A stretch of 63,214 bases of DNA, counting the filler, from Dugesia japonica (taxonomy: Eukaryota), in NCBI GenBank assembly GCA_001938525.1. It is 6 parts of 6 records of this genome, joined end to end, with 100 filler letters (N's around TTAATTAATTAA, not from the genome) between each part and the next. Parts side by side here need not be neighbours in the genome. Positions count along the whole stretch, not along the records: positions 23,699 to 33,115 come from MQRL01377828.1; positions 33,216 to 43,824 come from MQRL01617332.1; 4 more parts are not named here. One strand, given 5' to 3'. The notes under the pieces were generated by a model. It ran no database searches, was not told the origin of the DNA, and saw only the letters and a list, made by a program, of their open reading frames with translations. Position numbers and translations under genes: made by a program. Each line of letters starts with the position of its first letter. The first letter of the stretch is position 1. Shown piece after piece: positions 28,400-39,760 of this stretch.

Positions 28400-29297
28400 T
28401 CAACTAAAAGACAGTTCAAGACGAAATTTAAGGTCATTACATACAAAAAAATTTTGGTTCAGTTGGAGTCGAAGGGGGTACTGGTTGTCATGCGGGTGCT
28501 GCTGGATTTAAAATTGATTGTGGAGGGTTTAAGATAAGTAGATCTCTTGGATGATACGGAGCTGGTGTGACGCTGTAGGTGATGACTTGGTGAGAAATAG
28601 GTCTACAGTCTGCGTGCGATTGCTGGAGTTTTTTGATCATTGAAAATTGTTCGATCAAATGCTGTTGTTTTTGGGTGATCTCTGTTTCTTTTTCTTGGCA
28701 CAGAGTTCTTAGTTCGATAATTTCTTGCTCTAGTGCAGCTTTATATTGCTCATAATATTCGCTTTTGCTTTGATATTATTGAATGATGCTTTCAAACTCG
28801 AGAGATGGTTTATCGATGCCGGCCCACACGCCTTCTTGATTGGCTAGGCTGGTCAAGAGTTGATTTTCTGTTGCCAGGCTGGTTTTCTCGAATTGAGTAT
28901 TGAACAACTCGATTCTTAATAGTTGTGTGTTCTCTTGCTCTATGGTCAATTGATTTTCAATCTCTTTTCTTTTCGGTTTGACTTCTTTGAATTTGCTTTT
29001 CCACTTTTACGCTTGCTGTATAGCGTTTATTTTTGCTCTATTTTCATCGAGGGTTCTTTTGACTATTTTCTTATGAGCGATGCATGCTATCTTTTTTATT
29101 TCTAGCTCGTGACGAATTTTCTCGATTTGCGTTTCGAGTCCGCTAATATAACTTTGTAATTGGAGATTGAGCATCGCATTCTGTTTTGCATCCAATTTCC
29201 ATTTTAAAGATTCTTGGACAATAATAAGGGATTGACTCTGAATTTGCAAAACTTGAATTTCATTGCAAAGATGGGTAATTATGTTTTCGTTACTCAT
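28400..29297 (-). pseudogene. Internal accessory ORF of the giant element: long coiled coil with Pro-rich tail, several stops
   Basis: tag|aaATG 29297: MSNENIITHLCNEIQVLQIQ...IQQA*KWKSKFKE...ALEQEIIELRTLCQEKETEITQKQQHLIEQF...PAPYHPRDLLILNPPQS, in one frame across stops. Confidence 0.6.
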
Positions 29298-29402
29298 TTC
29301 TAAATCAGGGAGAATAATTAAATATAATACGATAAGTGACAATTAGAAATAAATATATGCACTATTTACATATTTTACTTTATTTTATTGTTTAAATTTG
29401 AT

Positions 29403-30734
29403 TCATAATACCCTACGTTCAATTAATTTTCGATACATAGGTCATTTGTTCAAGTTTAGAGCACAATTATAACAAGTTTTAAAATGTCCGCGTGGAAGAA
29501 ATATGACTTGGATTGATTCGTCGAGGCAAATGACGCAGTCACTACCGATTAGAATCCATTTTTGTTCATAACTTACTTGCTTAGTAATGGTTTGTTGTGA
29601 ATGCGGGTTCAGTTCCAACGGTGTTACTATTTCTATTCCCTTTTCCGCAACTATCTTAGCAATTAGTTTGCTGGTATTTTCTTGATTCAGATCGAGTATT
29701 TTGGTTTAAATTTTGCTTCCGAATTTTTTTATAAGTTTATTTTTGTATTTATACTGTTTCTCTATACACTCTCGTTCCTTTCATTGGTTACTTAACATCG
29801 TACGATTTTTCTAATGTTTCTATTGGGTTGATCGTCACATGAGTTCTTTTTATTGATAGTTGTTTTAGGATTCCAAAATTAATGGTCAATCTTTAAACCA
29901 TTGTATCTTCTTTCTGAGTCTCGTTATGATTTTTTAACTTGGATTTTTTCTTGACCATAATTTTCTTAATTGCTAATTTTTCCATCATGGTCGTTGTTTT
30001 TGCCATATTTAACAAAATATTTAAATTTCTTTTAAGAATAAATCGTTTTAGTTTTGTTGGGTTGCTAGGCTTTTGATGTTGTTTTCATATTTTGTTTTTC
30101 TCGATCTTTATTTCTAATTGCTTTACCATATTTGTTTCCTCTTCTAAATATCTTTTCTGTCTGAGCGATGATACCTAGCAACCACAGAAATTTGTGCTAC
30201 TCTCTCTAGCAACACGATCCTTCTTTTTCCGGATTCAGCAGGATTATGCTGTATCCCGTCTTAGTTGTTTCAATTTCTATCCAGCTCGTGTTTTTAAAAT
30301 TAAACCATCTTCGTCAAGATTAATTCAAGATGTACTCAAAACTCAAAACTATGTTATGTTCATAACGTTTATTTCCATCAAGATCATTCGTTCAGTTCTA
30401 CCACTTTCTTCGATTTCTCCTTAGTTATCTCGGATACTGGTCTCGGTGTTTGCGTTAATGTGCGAACTGTTGCAATCATTACGCTCTCTCAATCCGAATA
30501 CAATTTGATAATGTCAGCCATTGCATGACATGACTGAGATAATGCAATTATCTGTAATTTGGTGTTCCTTTCACGTAGTACTGAATTTTTTGGTTGAAGC
30601 TCGATGATTTTATTTTGTAACTTTTTCTGTAACGAAACGCATTTTTTGCGGATGTCCGCTACAGAAGTGTCTGTAAATTTTCTTCTCTCCGACACTGAAA
30701 TTATTGAGATGTAAAATTCTTTAATTAACTTCAT
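29403..30734 (-). pseudogene. Internal accessory ORF(s): coiled coil ending in an IAP/XIAP-type C3HC4 RING finger, degenerate
   Basis: 29540-29403 reads DCVICLDESIQVIFLPRGHFKTCYNCALNLNK*PMYRKLIERRVL*, i.e. C-x2-C..PCGH..C-x2-C..CPxCR with three Cys lost by single-base changes. Upstream is heptad-rich from tag|ATG 30734; continuity across ~29700-30480 is uncertain. Confidence 0.75.
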
Positions 30735-30919
30735 CTAATCATATTATTAAGTTTTATAATTATTGATCATAATTCTTTTAAAAATCGTTTTAAAATCGCT
30801 ATCACTATCGTTCAATATGAATTTATCGTTAATTCTTTTAACAGCTATCATTATCATTAAATAACCGTAAGACAAGAGAAAATGTTAGAGCTAATACTAT
30901 ATTGAAATCAACAAAATAA

Positions 30920-31441
30920 TCAGACAATAGTTTCCTGTACGTCAATGCTTTCATTCAGTGGGATTAGGATTTGACGTAATGTAACTTCAATTTTAGCGCT
31001 CAATTGCTCCGACATCATGGAGAATTCCTCTATCTCTATTTGTTTAGAACGTGACTTTTGTAGTAATTGTTGTTGGTACTGATTCAGCTCGGTAGTTTGG
31101 ATCAGTAGCGATACCAATTCTTTTTCTCGTTGCTATTGTTTGGTGGTCAGTTCCACAATTCAATTCTCCTGCTGATCGACTCTGTGTTGCAGTTGGTCGA
31201 TGCAAACCAGCTGATCCGTGTGTTGTTCTTTCTGTCGAAGTAAGGTCATCTGTAGCCGTTTTATCTCTTCCTCTTTTAAATGCATTTGTTCCTGCGTGAT
31301 CCACCATAAATCCTGATCAGTTCCATACTCCCCGATGGAATCCCATAAATTCGGCATATTATTTGTCACGCTAGTTTGAAAGAAGCAACGTTCTAATTGC
31401 AAAGATTCTTTGGCCACCTTCCTGTTAATTGATTTCGGCAT
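30920..31441 (-). pseudogene. Internal accessory ORF: Gln/Glu-rich coiled coil, two stops
   Basis: tag|aATG 31441: MPKSINRKVAKESLQLE...KEEEIKRLQMTLLRQKEQ...QQEN*IVELTTKQ*QREKELVSLLIQ..., one frame joining ORFs 31160-31456 and 30920-31117. Confidence 0.6.
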
Positions 31442-32596
31442 TCTAGATACTAACAATAATCATTGGCATTTATTAACTTTTAACAATACACCTAATAATC
31501 TTTAATAATATTGTTATAATTTAGTGTTATTATCAAAAAAATTAAATTTTTAATCTGGACTAATCAACAATCACTCGATCATGCGGATGAGGTTGGATTC
31601 TCTATAACTATTCATAATTCATATTGATAATCAATTCACATTCTTTCTTAACAAATCTTCGATATACTTCATCTTTATAATCATGTTCATATGCATATAT
31701 TATTGAGAGAAATCCATTCCTCTCAAAATGACAATTGATTCATCGGCCGGCTTCACGGTCAGTATCATAATCATTTGAAATATCAGTATATTAGTATCAG
31801 TAATCATCTAGAATAATAACTAACAAATGTTAATTGAATGGTATAATATTTTCATATAAATTTACAATCATATAATCATACAACATAAAAATTAATAAAC
31901 CATATAGGATTCAAAAAGTTTATGAGAGTCAGGATTCAACCACCCCACTCCTAATTTAGCTACTCGATTCTCATAAACCTTTCATATCGTATAATCGTAA
32001 TCAATTCACTTTAATGTATCACAATCAGTTCATATGTCGTATCATTTTTTTATCAATTCATGTCTCGTATCCCTTCGTATCACGTTATTATCAATTCATC
32101 AATTGATATCTCGTAACACTTTATTGTCAATTCAACTTTCGTCTCGCATAAGCATTAACGGCTTTCATAACAACATTTTAATGTCTCTCATAATAGCATA
32201 GATTTTATTAACTCTCATAATGTCATAACATGTTAACGTCTCTCATAATATCCTAATATCGTAAAATTTTAATGGTGGATAATCTCCTCAAAATAATTCG
32301 GATCTCTGAGCACTGACGTTTATCTTTATCGCATTTGCCAGTCAACGATAAACGTCGTCACAGTCTTCCGATCATATAATTTAAATAATCAACGTAAAAG
32401 TTACTTCTCGTTTGATGATAGAGTTTTAATAAATATTACTGATACCTTTTAACGATAAGATAATCAGATTTATGAGGTTTTTAAGAGATGATTTTTTGTT
32501 TAAATTAGATTTTCTTTTATACTGAAATTTATCATCACTTTTGACAGTTGCGGGTAGGCAGCCACTTCAAAAATTTTTAGAACTTATTGAATCGTG

Positions 32597-32852
32597 CGGT
32601 GCTCACTCGCAGATTCTTCTGCTATATACAAATTTGGACATTTATTTTTATTCATTTTTGTATTAGCATTTCGTATAGGTTTTATGTTTACATATGAATA
32701 CCGGTGCTCACTCGGCATCATAGATTTCTTATTGAACACAGTATGTTGTACGGAGCTCACCCGATACACATACTTTTATTTTACAAGTAATGTGCGGTGC
32801 TCACCCGTCACATATAATTTTGTTTCTTCATATAATGCACGGTGCTCACCCG
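32597..32852. repeat. Array of five 13-bp motifs CGG(T/A)GCTCAC(T/C)CG with AT-rich spacers
   Basis: Copies at 32597, 32702, 32751, 32795 and 32840 (spacing 105, 49, 44, 45). Confidence 0.85.
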
Positions 32853-33215
32853 ATACATATAGTTTTCAGAAATAATTCTTGTCACGATGAAATTCATGAT
32901 CATCGGACCGGCACGAATCAATTTAGAAAAATAATAATATTTATCATTTAAAATAATATTTTCTAAAGTTTCCTGGAAACTTATAAATACGGATATCTAC
33001 ATGAAAATTTGTAAATAATTTAATATCCTTAATTAATATTAGCATAAAATTAACTCCTCTTTCTCCTCATATAAATTTTATTTAAATATTCTATTGCTTT
33101 CCCTAAATTTAATTANNNNNNNNNNNNNNNNNNNNNNNNNNNNNNNNNNNNNNNNNNNNTTAATTAATTAANNNNNNNNNNNNNNNNNNNNNNNNNNNNN
33201 NNNNNNNNNNNNNNN

Positions 33216-33284
<69 letters not shown>

Positions 33285-33294
33285 GTGATGCATT

Positions 33295-33885
33295 GTTATG
33301 TATTATGGACTAATAAAGGCCAATATGTGAAAATATTGATATTTAATACGAAAATGTAAATAATTGTTGAAAAAAATGTTGATATTGCAAATTTGTTAAA
33401 TAATGTATTTCTCTAACTATTGGCATCAGTGTTTGTTTTAACAATTATTTTATTTCTCATATAATGTTCGAAACTGATAATATCAATATGGGAAATAGAA
33501 AATTCAAAATAAAATTAAACGAATAAATATCTATTTTCATCTATGAGAAACAATATATTATATCAGTTGTATTGCTTTTTATTAAATTAATTCTATTATA
33601 CGAACCAATAGGAATTATTACAGTCATTATTGAAAAACAAATAATCAAAGAAACTGATATTAAAACATATTTTGTTATAATTCTGTTGTAGTACATTGGA
33701 AAAACAATACAAATTAACTTATCCAAAGATAATAAGATCATTAAATAGATATCAATTATTCCGAAAATCCAAGTAAAAGTTGAATTACTCCGGACCATAC
33801 AATAATAATACTTATAATTTAATAAATAATTGGGAAACGTTTCATTTTCTTTTCTTAAAAATTCCCACATCAACTTTTCGACTCT
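33295..33885 (-). pseudogene. Rhodopsin-class GPCR fragment (TM3-TM4 exon plus TM6-like segment), probably a pseudogene
   Basis: YYCMVR...IDIYLMILLSLDKLICIVFP (DRY-equivalent S-x-D-K), hydrophobic TM4 and a loop Cys, then a stop. Downstream AISTFFSTIIYIFVLNINIFTYWP with stops. Confidence 0.6.
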
Positions 33886-36169
33886 AAAATATATTTTATT
33901 CAAAATAATTTATTTGAGGTTCTTTATGTTTACGTTTCATATAATTAATATATTTAAATAATAAATATATTTTCACAAATTATTCTGCAAAATTGTTAGA
34001 AATTTCATAGTTCAATTTAAAAAAAAATAATTAATTTTATTCAATTATCTATCACAAATTTAATTTATATTAATAATAATTATTAATAACATCTAAAACA
34101 TTTGAATGACGATTGTAATTTTGCACTGGGATAAACAGATTTACATTTATCTGGAGTTAGAAAAAGTAGTTAAATTTCTAATAATTACCATTTTCTGTTG
34201 TATTTCTGCAGCATTTTTAGAACACAATTTTAGACTTTAAAAAATTAAAGTTTTTTAAATTTATACTGTTAAATTTGATTTAAATTTAAAATTTCAACTT
34301 TTTTGCTTTTATCTACTGACAAATTTTTGACCTATGCCTAGTAATATACATAAAGACAATCGATCTGCAAGTCATCTGATAAAATAATACCACAATTACT
34401 AATCAACAACAAAGAAGAATTATTTGACAGGTTTGTCAATTAGGAAGATCGATAAATTGAGTTGCAAACTGTATTTGGGAACAAATTACAATACTTTACG
34501 GATACATTTAAATAGGAGTATCACATTATTTTATAAATAATGGTCCCGAATTTTCAATATCACTATCCACTAATAATCAATGTCTTGATTAATTGGAAAG
34601 CACCTTCTGATTATTGGAAAATTTTCCTACAAAGAGCTGAATCCGGTTAATTTTTCTGAGAAATGAGTATGACTGATTCAAAAGTCATTTTGGAAACAAT
34701 TTTTTCTAAGGCAATTTTAATTGATGAAACAACATATAATCCTCATCTTCAAATATCGCAAACGAGATGAAAAATAGAAAGAAGAGTCGTTATACATACC
34801 CCAATAGTAAAGGAAAGATTAGTAACTATGATGGCTAGTATTTCAATAAGTATTGGAATGCAATATCCGATTTCATGGTAAATAGCGATATCTGAAAAAC
34901 AAGAAAAATATGAGTCGTGATTTGAATTTTAAAATTGTTTTATCAAGTAGAATTACATAATTCAATCTGTTTCTTTCTTGGTTTCAACTTCAATTTTTAA
35001 AGACAGAACAAAATTGTTGAATGAAATGATAGCAATAAAAATTTAAATAGGAACAAGTTGGATACTCAGACTTATTTTGGAAATTAACTTCAATATCGAA
35101 ACAACTATCGAGGAAGTAATTATTGTTGAACTACTATAAACCTCGAAAATAAAGTCTACAATAAATGTTAAGATTACTGACAATATGTGTTCCATCTACA
35201 GTATAAGTGCCATTCTCAAACAAGATGTAGTCAAATAACGTAAAAAATACTGAGTAGCAAAATATAAAAAAAACATATTTGAATTTACATACAATGAAAA
35301 GAGCATGCAGCAAAATCCAAAATAATATTGTTTTTTCTAAAATGTTAAAATTTTCAATCAGAAATATCTACCAATTTTCTTAGTATTCACCTATACTAAT
35401 TGTTTGATTTATTAGTTTGCTTCATTTAATTCAATTAAAATAAGAACTCCAATTCAACACTTTATTAATACACAAATAATTCTTCTATAAAATTCTTCTT
35501 GCTTTCAGAATGTTTCTGCCCAAAATTGCCTTATATAATTTATTTGAGTAAATTATTAAAAAAAGTTTACTTTATTAATTATTTAATTTATAAAAAATTT
35601 AAAATTATTTTTTAAAATATCAATAAAAACTTTATAAATAATTTCCCAAAATTTTACATTTACATTGCAGTAAATTTCAATTTATAAATTTGTATAAACA
35701 AATTTACATTACGTATTTATATTTAATAAATAACTGCAGTTTTAAATTATTAAAAGCAGTTAAAAAATATTTTTAAAAAACACTGTGTAACATTACTATA
35801 TGAATAAATAGACACAAGAAAATTGAAATAACACAAACCCTGGAAATTGTTTTTTCTAACATTAAAATATGTCAAACGATAAACTTGTTTGCGTTCATGA
35901 CAACTTCACCGGCGAATAATAATTGTCATTTTATTTGTAAATAAATGTTCGGCTACCAGATGTTTTTCACAATCTCCACCATATCATCAAATATTTTATG
36001 GAATATTTAGGAATTTAAATATAATGTGATCATAACTAATTTTCATATACAATCATTTTATCAGCTTATAAATACTGGATAAACAAAAATAACACAATTA
36101 TGAAAATACTTTAGTAAAGTAAAATTCCTGGATGCAAGTGTTTATTAAAATTCATGTTGATTTACATCA

Positions 36170-36560
36170 TGTAGTCTTATTCATATTTGCAGATTTCTTT
36201 CCAACAATCCAATTGGAAAGCTTTCCCACTAATATTTTATGGTATAGCATGTGTAAATTGAACCCATATAATTAATTATGACCAATGACATGACCACATT
36301 TTTGGAAATTAGAATAAGAGGAGCACTTAAATTTGTCAATTGATGCAGAATATTATTTACAATTCAAAGATCGCATTTTCATCTTGAATTATATTAAAAC
36401 ACAAACACCCTTAAGAATTCAACTAAAAAACCAAAGAATAACACATATCAAACAGAATGATAGTGAAGTATATAACTATTTGATACACGATCACAATATT
36501 CATGCTGACTCCAATATTATATAATAGAAAATAATAGATTCCTACTATATATCAACACTC
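36170..36560 (-). pseudogene. Possible second, more decayed GPCR paralog
   Basis: YNIGVSMNIVIVYQIVIYFTIILFDMCYSLVF (TM1/TM2-like G..N and D), followed after frameshifts by SIDKFKC, resembling SLDKLIC of the neighbouring fragment. Confidence 0.3.
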
Positions 36561-36829
36561 CATAGAAAAACAAAGGATGAAATTTAATCAAAACATTTAA
36601 ACCAGATATTAATATTATTTTTAATAATATTATCCAATCAAAATTTGGATAAAATTATTTTATTTTAAAGATATTGATATTAACCTTAAAATTGAATAAA
36701 TCAATCACAACTCCTAAAGAAGATAAAATCGAAAATTTGGAAAAAAATGAAAACGTTTTTTTGAAAACAATTCGTTTAAGTTTGTATTACATAATATACC
36801 AGTGGCCCATATAAATATACAAAATTAAT

Positions 36830-37340
36830 TAAAATCTAAATACTGTTTGTAAACAAGCTCGAACTATATATGACTGATACAACAGTGTTTGAGATTTTTT
36901 AGTCAACAAAAACTCATGCGTTTGCTGTTTGGATGCCAACGACTTAATGTCTGGTTTCAGGTGGATGAGGAGCAGTCTCAAATCATCTTCTTTAGCATTA
37001 TCCAGATTGTTTATTTGATTAGTGATGAGATTAGTTACTGCACTGAATCCAAACAAGATGAGGTAAAATGTTGAAAATGTCAATATTCATTTTTTGCCAT
37101 AAGTTTGGATAGGCTTGGCATTTATTTGCCCTGTCAAAGTTTGGTAAATCCACCTTTGCTCTAAAAGACACATGCAATTCTAACAGTTCTTTTTGAACCT
37201 ACAATTCAGAATTTAGATCAGTTCGCATTTATGGGTTAATCATCCATACAGGTACTTGCATCCCTTACAAAATCCCTTACAAAATCCGCTGGTTGAATTT
37301 AATTGTAAAATACAATTGTTGTACGAGTAAACGTTTTAAT
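36830..37340 (-). mobile_element. hAT Buster/SCAND3-like transposase C-terminal fragment
   Basis: YLILFGFSAVTNLITNQINNLD..EDDLRLLLIHLKPDIKSLASKQQTH matches the YLxExGFSAV..GDLRL dimerization domain. Confidence 0.8.
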
Positions 37341-38020
37341 GATGACATGTGAGTATATATTTATTTATTGAAATTTTTTATTTCAATAAATATTTTTAAA
37401 TTTCGTTTTCTAAATCCTTTAAAAAAGATCAATATTTATTTGATTATATTTATTTCTGTTGTGAGAAACGTTATAAAGAACACTACTGTTATTTATTGGT
37501 AAACAAAATTATTTATCTATTATAAAACAAATTAATTCTACCTCATTAATTGAGCAAATATTTTTACAACTAAATGAATGCATAGTTTCTTCAAGGATAT
37601 ACAATATTAATTTATAAATTATCAATATCTAAGTTTATACATAAATATAATTATTGCATATCAATTAGTAATGATTATTTAGTGTTTGATAGAGATCGTG
37701 ATATGAAACTATAACAATCAAATATTTGTTTTATCAAGGTGAAATGATAAAATATTTTGATGTAACATTTAAAACAAGTTATTATTTGTAAATAATAAAT
37801 AAAATAGTTTATTTATTGACATTGTTTAATAATTTTTCATGGAAACATTGTATTAATAAAACTCTAAAATTATGCTATTTTTTATTGATTTTAAAATTAT
37901 TTTTCAGTTCTCTTTCAAAAGTATTTTGATAATTAAATATTTAATCACGTTTTATGTGAATTACATTAAAGTAAAAAAACGATTCTAAAATTATTTAGTT
38001 TATTATGTTAATTTATAAAT

Positions 38021-39760
38021 TGGGGGGTGCTCCAGTGGGCTTAAGGGGGAACTACGGGCCGAGTTTTGAAAATTTTGGGTTTCTGGCCCTTATAAGTGAG
38101 AGTTAATATTGATTTGTAATTTTTCAATACCAAACTAAATTATTTGTTTCTTAAAATCTAAGCCAACATATTGTGAAGATTTTCGGAATTTCTTTAAAAG
38201 GGATGTTTCGTAAAAATCAAAGATTTAAGTGAGACTCTGTTTCCTTCAAACGGTCTTTTTTTACAAATGAATGTAAAAATGAATCAAATTAATTTATTTT
38301 AGATTTTTTTGTGATAGATTTAATAAATCTATCAATGAGTTTAGAGCAACAACAGTCGTATGAATTTTTCCGAAGTGATTCTTTATTGGATTTTCTTCTT
38401 TAGATAAAATTGTACAGAGTTCTTTCATTTTATCATTGTGGCTACAAATCTTGGAATTTTTTCTTCATTTATATATGCTTTTATTATTTCGAAAGCAGCT
38501 TTTAAAAAACTAATATTTGTTTAAAGATCTTTAACCATCAAATGACAGACATGAGATGAACATCTCAATTGCATCCTTTTACTATTTAATTTGTTCATTG
38601 CTGAAATTATATTTCGGGAATTATTATTTATTGCTCCAGCAATACCATATCTGTCAATGAATTATAATGTTTCTTCAATAAGAAAACAAATAGTTTCTGC
38701 TGAGACATACTCTATGATATGGCTTTGAATGAAAATAGGCTTGCCGGGTTTATCACAAACAAAAGTATAGGAATGTGCTAATCTTCAGTAACAGTGGTTT
38801 TTCAGCAGTCTAAGGCTATGTTTTCCCATTTTCCTCGATTATTTCAAAATTCACGTGAAGAAATTGAGATGCTATCTTACATTTTTTGCTTTGCACTATT
38901 TTCTTGATATTTTTTCAATGGTGAGGCAGTCACAAATCACGTGATCTTCGAAAAATTGTAAGGGCAATATATTCCTAGATTTATTTCCTAGATTGGATTT
39001 ATCACTTGGATTTTATTTCTATAGGCTTACTATTTTTGTGTCAAAATCCAGAAGGGATTTTTGTTTTATTTTGTTTTTTTTTTAATTTTAAAATATTGGT
39101 TTTTAAATACCTGTTTAAAATTCTTCTTCCTGTACTTCTCTGATCATAAGCATAATTCTGCAAACATATGGATTGTTTGTTTAGAGACTTGGTAGTATAA
39201 AAATATGAATAAATGGAATATACTGTAATGTTGGATATTATGTCTTCTCTTGAAATATTTTTGCTGGTATCTAAAGAAATTCTTTTATTATTATCCATTT
39301 AAATAAGGCAAGATTAATTTTAGATGTGACGAATTTTCAAACTGAAACAATAGTTTGATAAAAGAATGGTAACTTAAAATATTTATATTATTTAACTAAA
39401 AGTATGATATAGAGTTTAAAATGTTATAAATTATAATAATAAATAAAATTATAATAAATTATAAAAGCTACTCTCTTTAATTATTTATCTATGCTTAGTT
39501 GAATCAATCTAAACTAATATGACGAAGTTAGCAAATTTCATTTTATTAGATCCGAAATTCAAAAAAACAAATGTAATTACCGACTAAGGCATTTATAAAA
39601 TTACTTATTAGCATTAAACCTATAAATTTTAATATAAATGTGTTTGAATAGAAATTTTAATTTAACACGCTCGTGCGGACTAATTTTAAAAATGTGGGGC
39701 CCGCGGCAAGAAAGCGGGTATTTTTCACGTTAAGGGGGCGGATTCAGGTTAGATTGCTCT
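38021..39760 (-). mobile_element. hAT (Ac-like) transposon, degenerate
   Basis: GC-rich termini at both ends. Minus strand gives GIAGAI..NSRNIISAMNKLNSKRMQLRCSSHVCHLMVKDL (TDNA.N / CxxH..L..KD motif) at ~38530-38660. Confidence 0.65.

Noticed and set aside
32597-32852. CRISPR-like repeat/spacer appearance
   Set aside because: Repeat is only 13 bp, spacers are partly similar to each other, the context is eukaryotic, and there are no cas genes.
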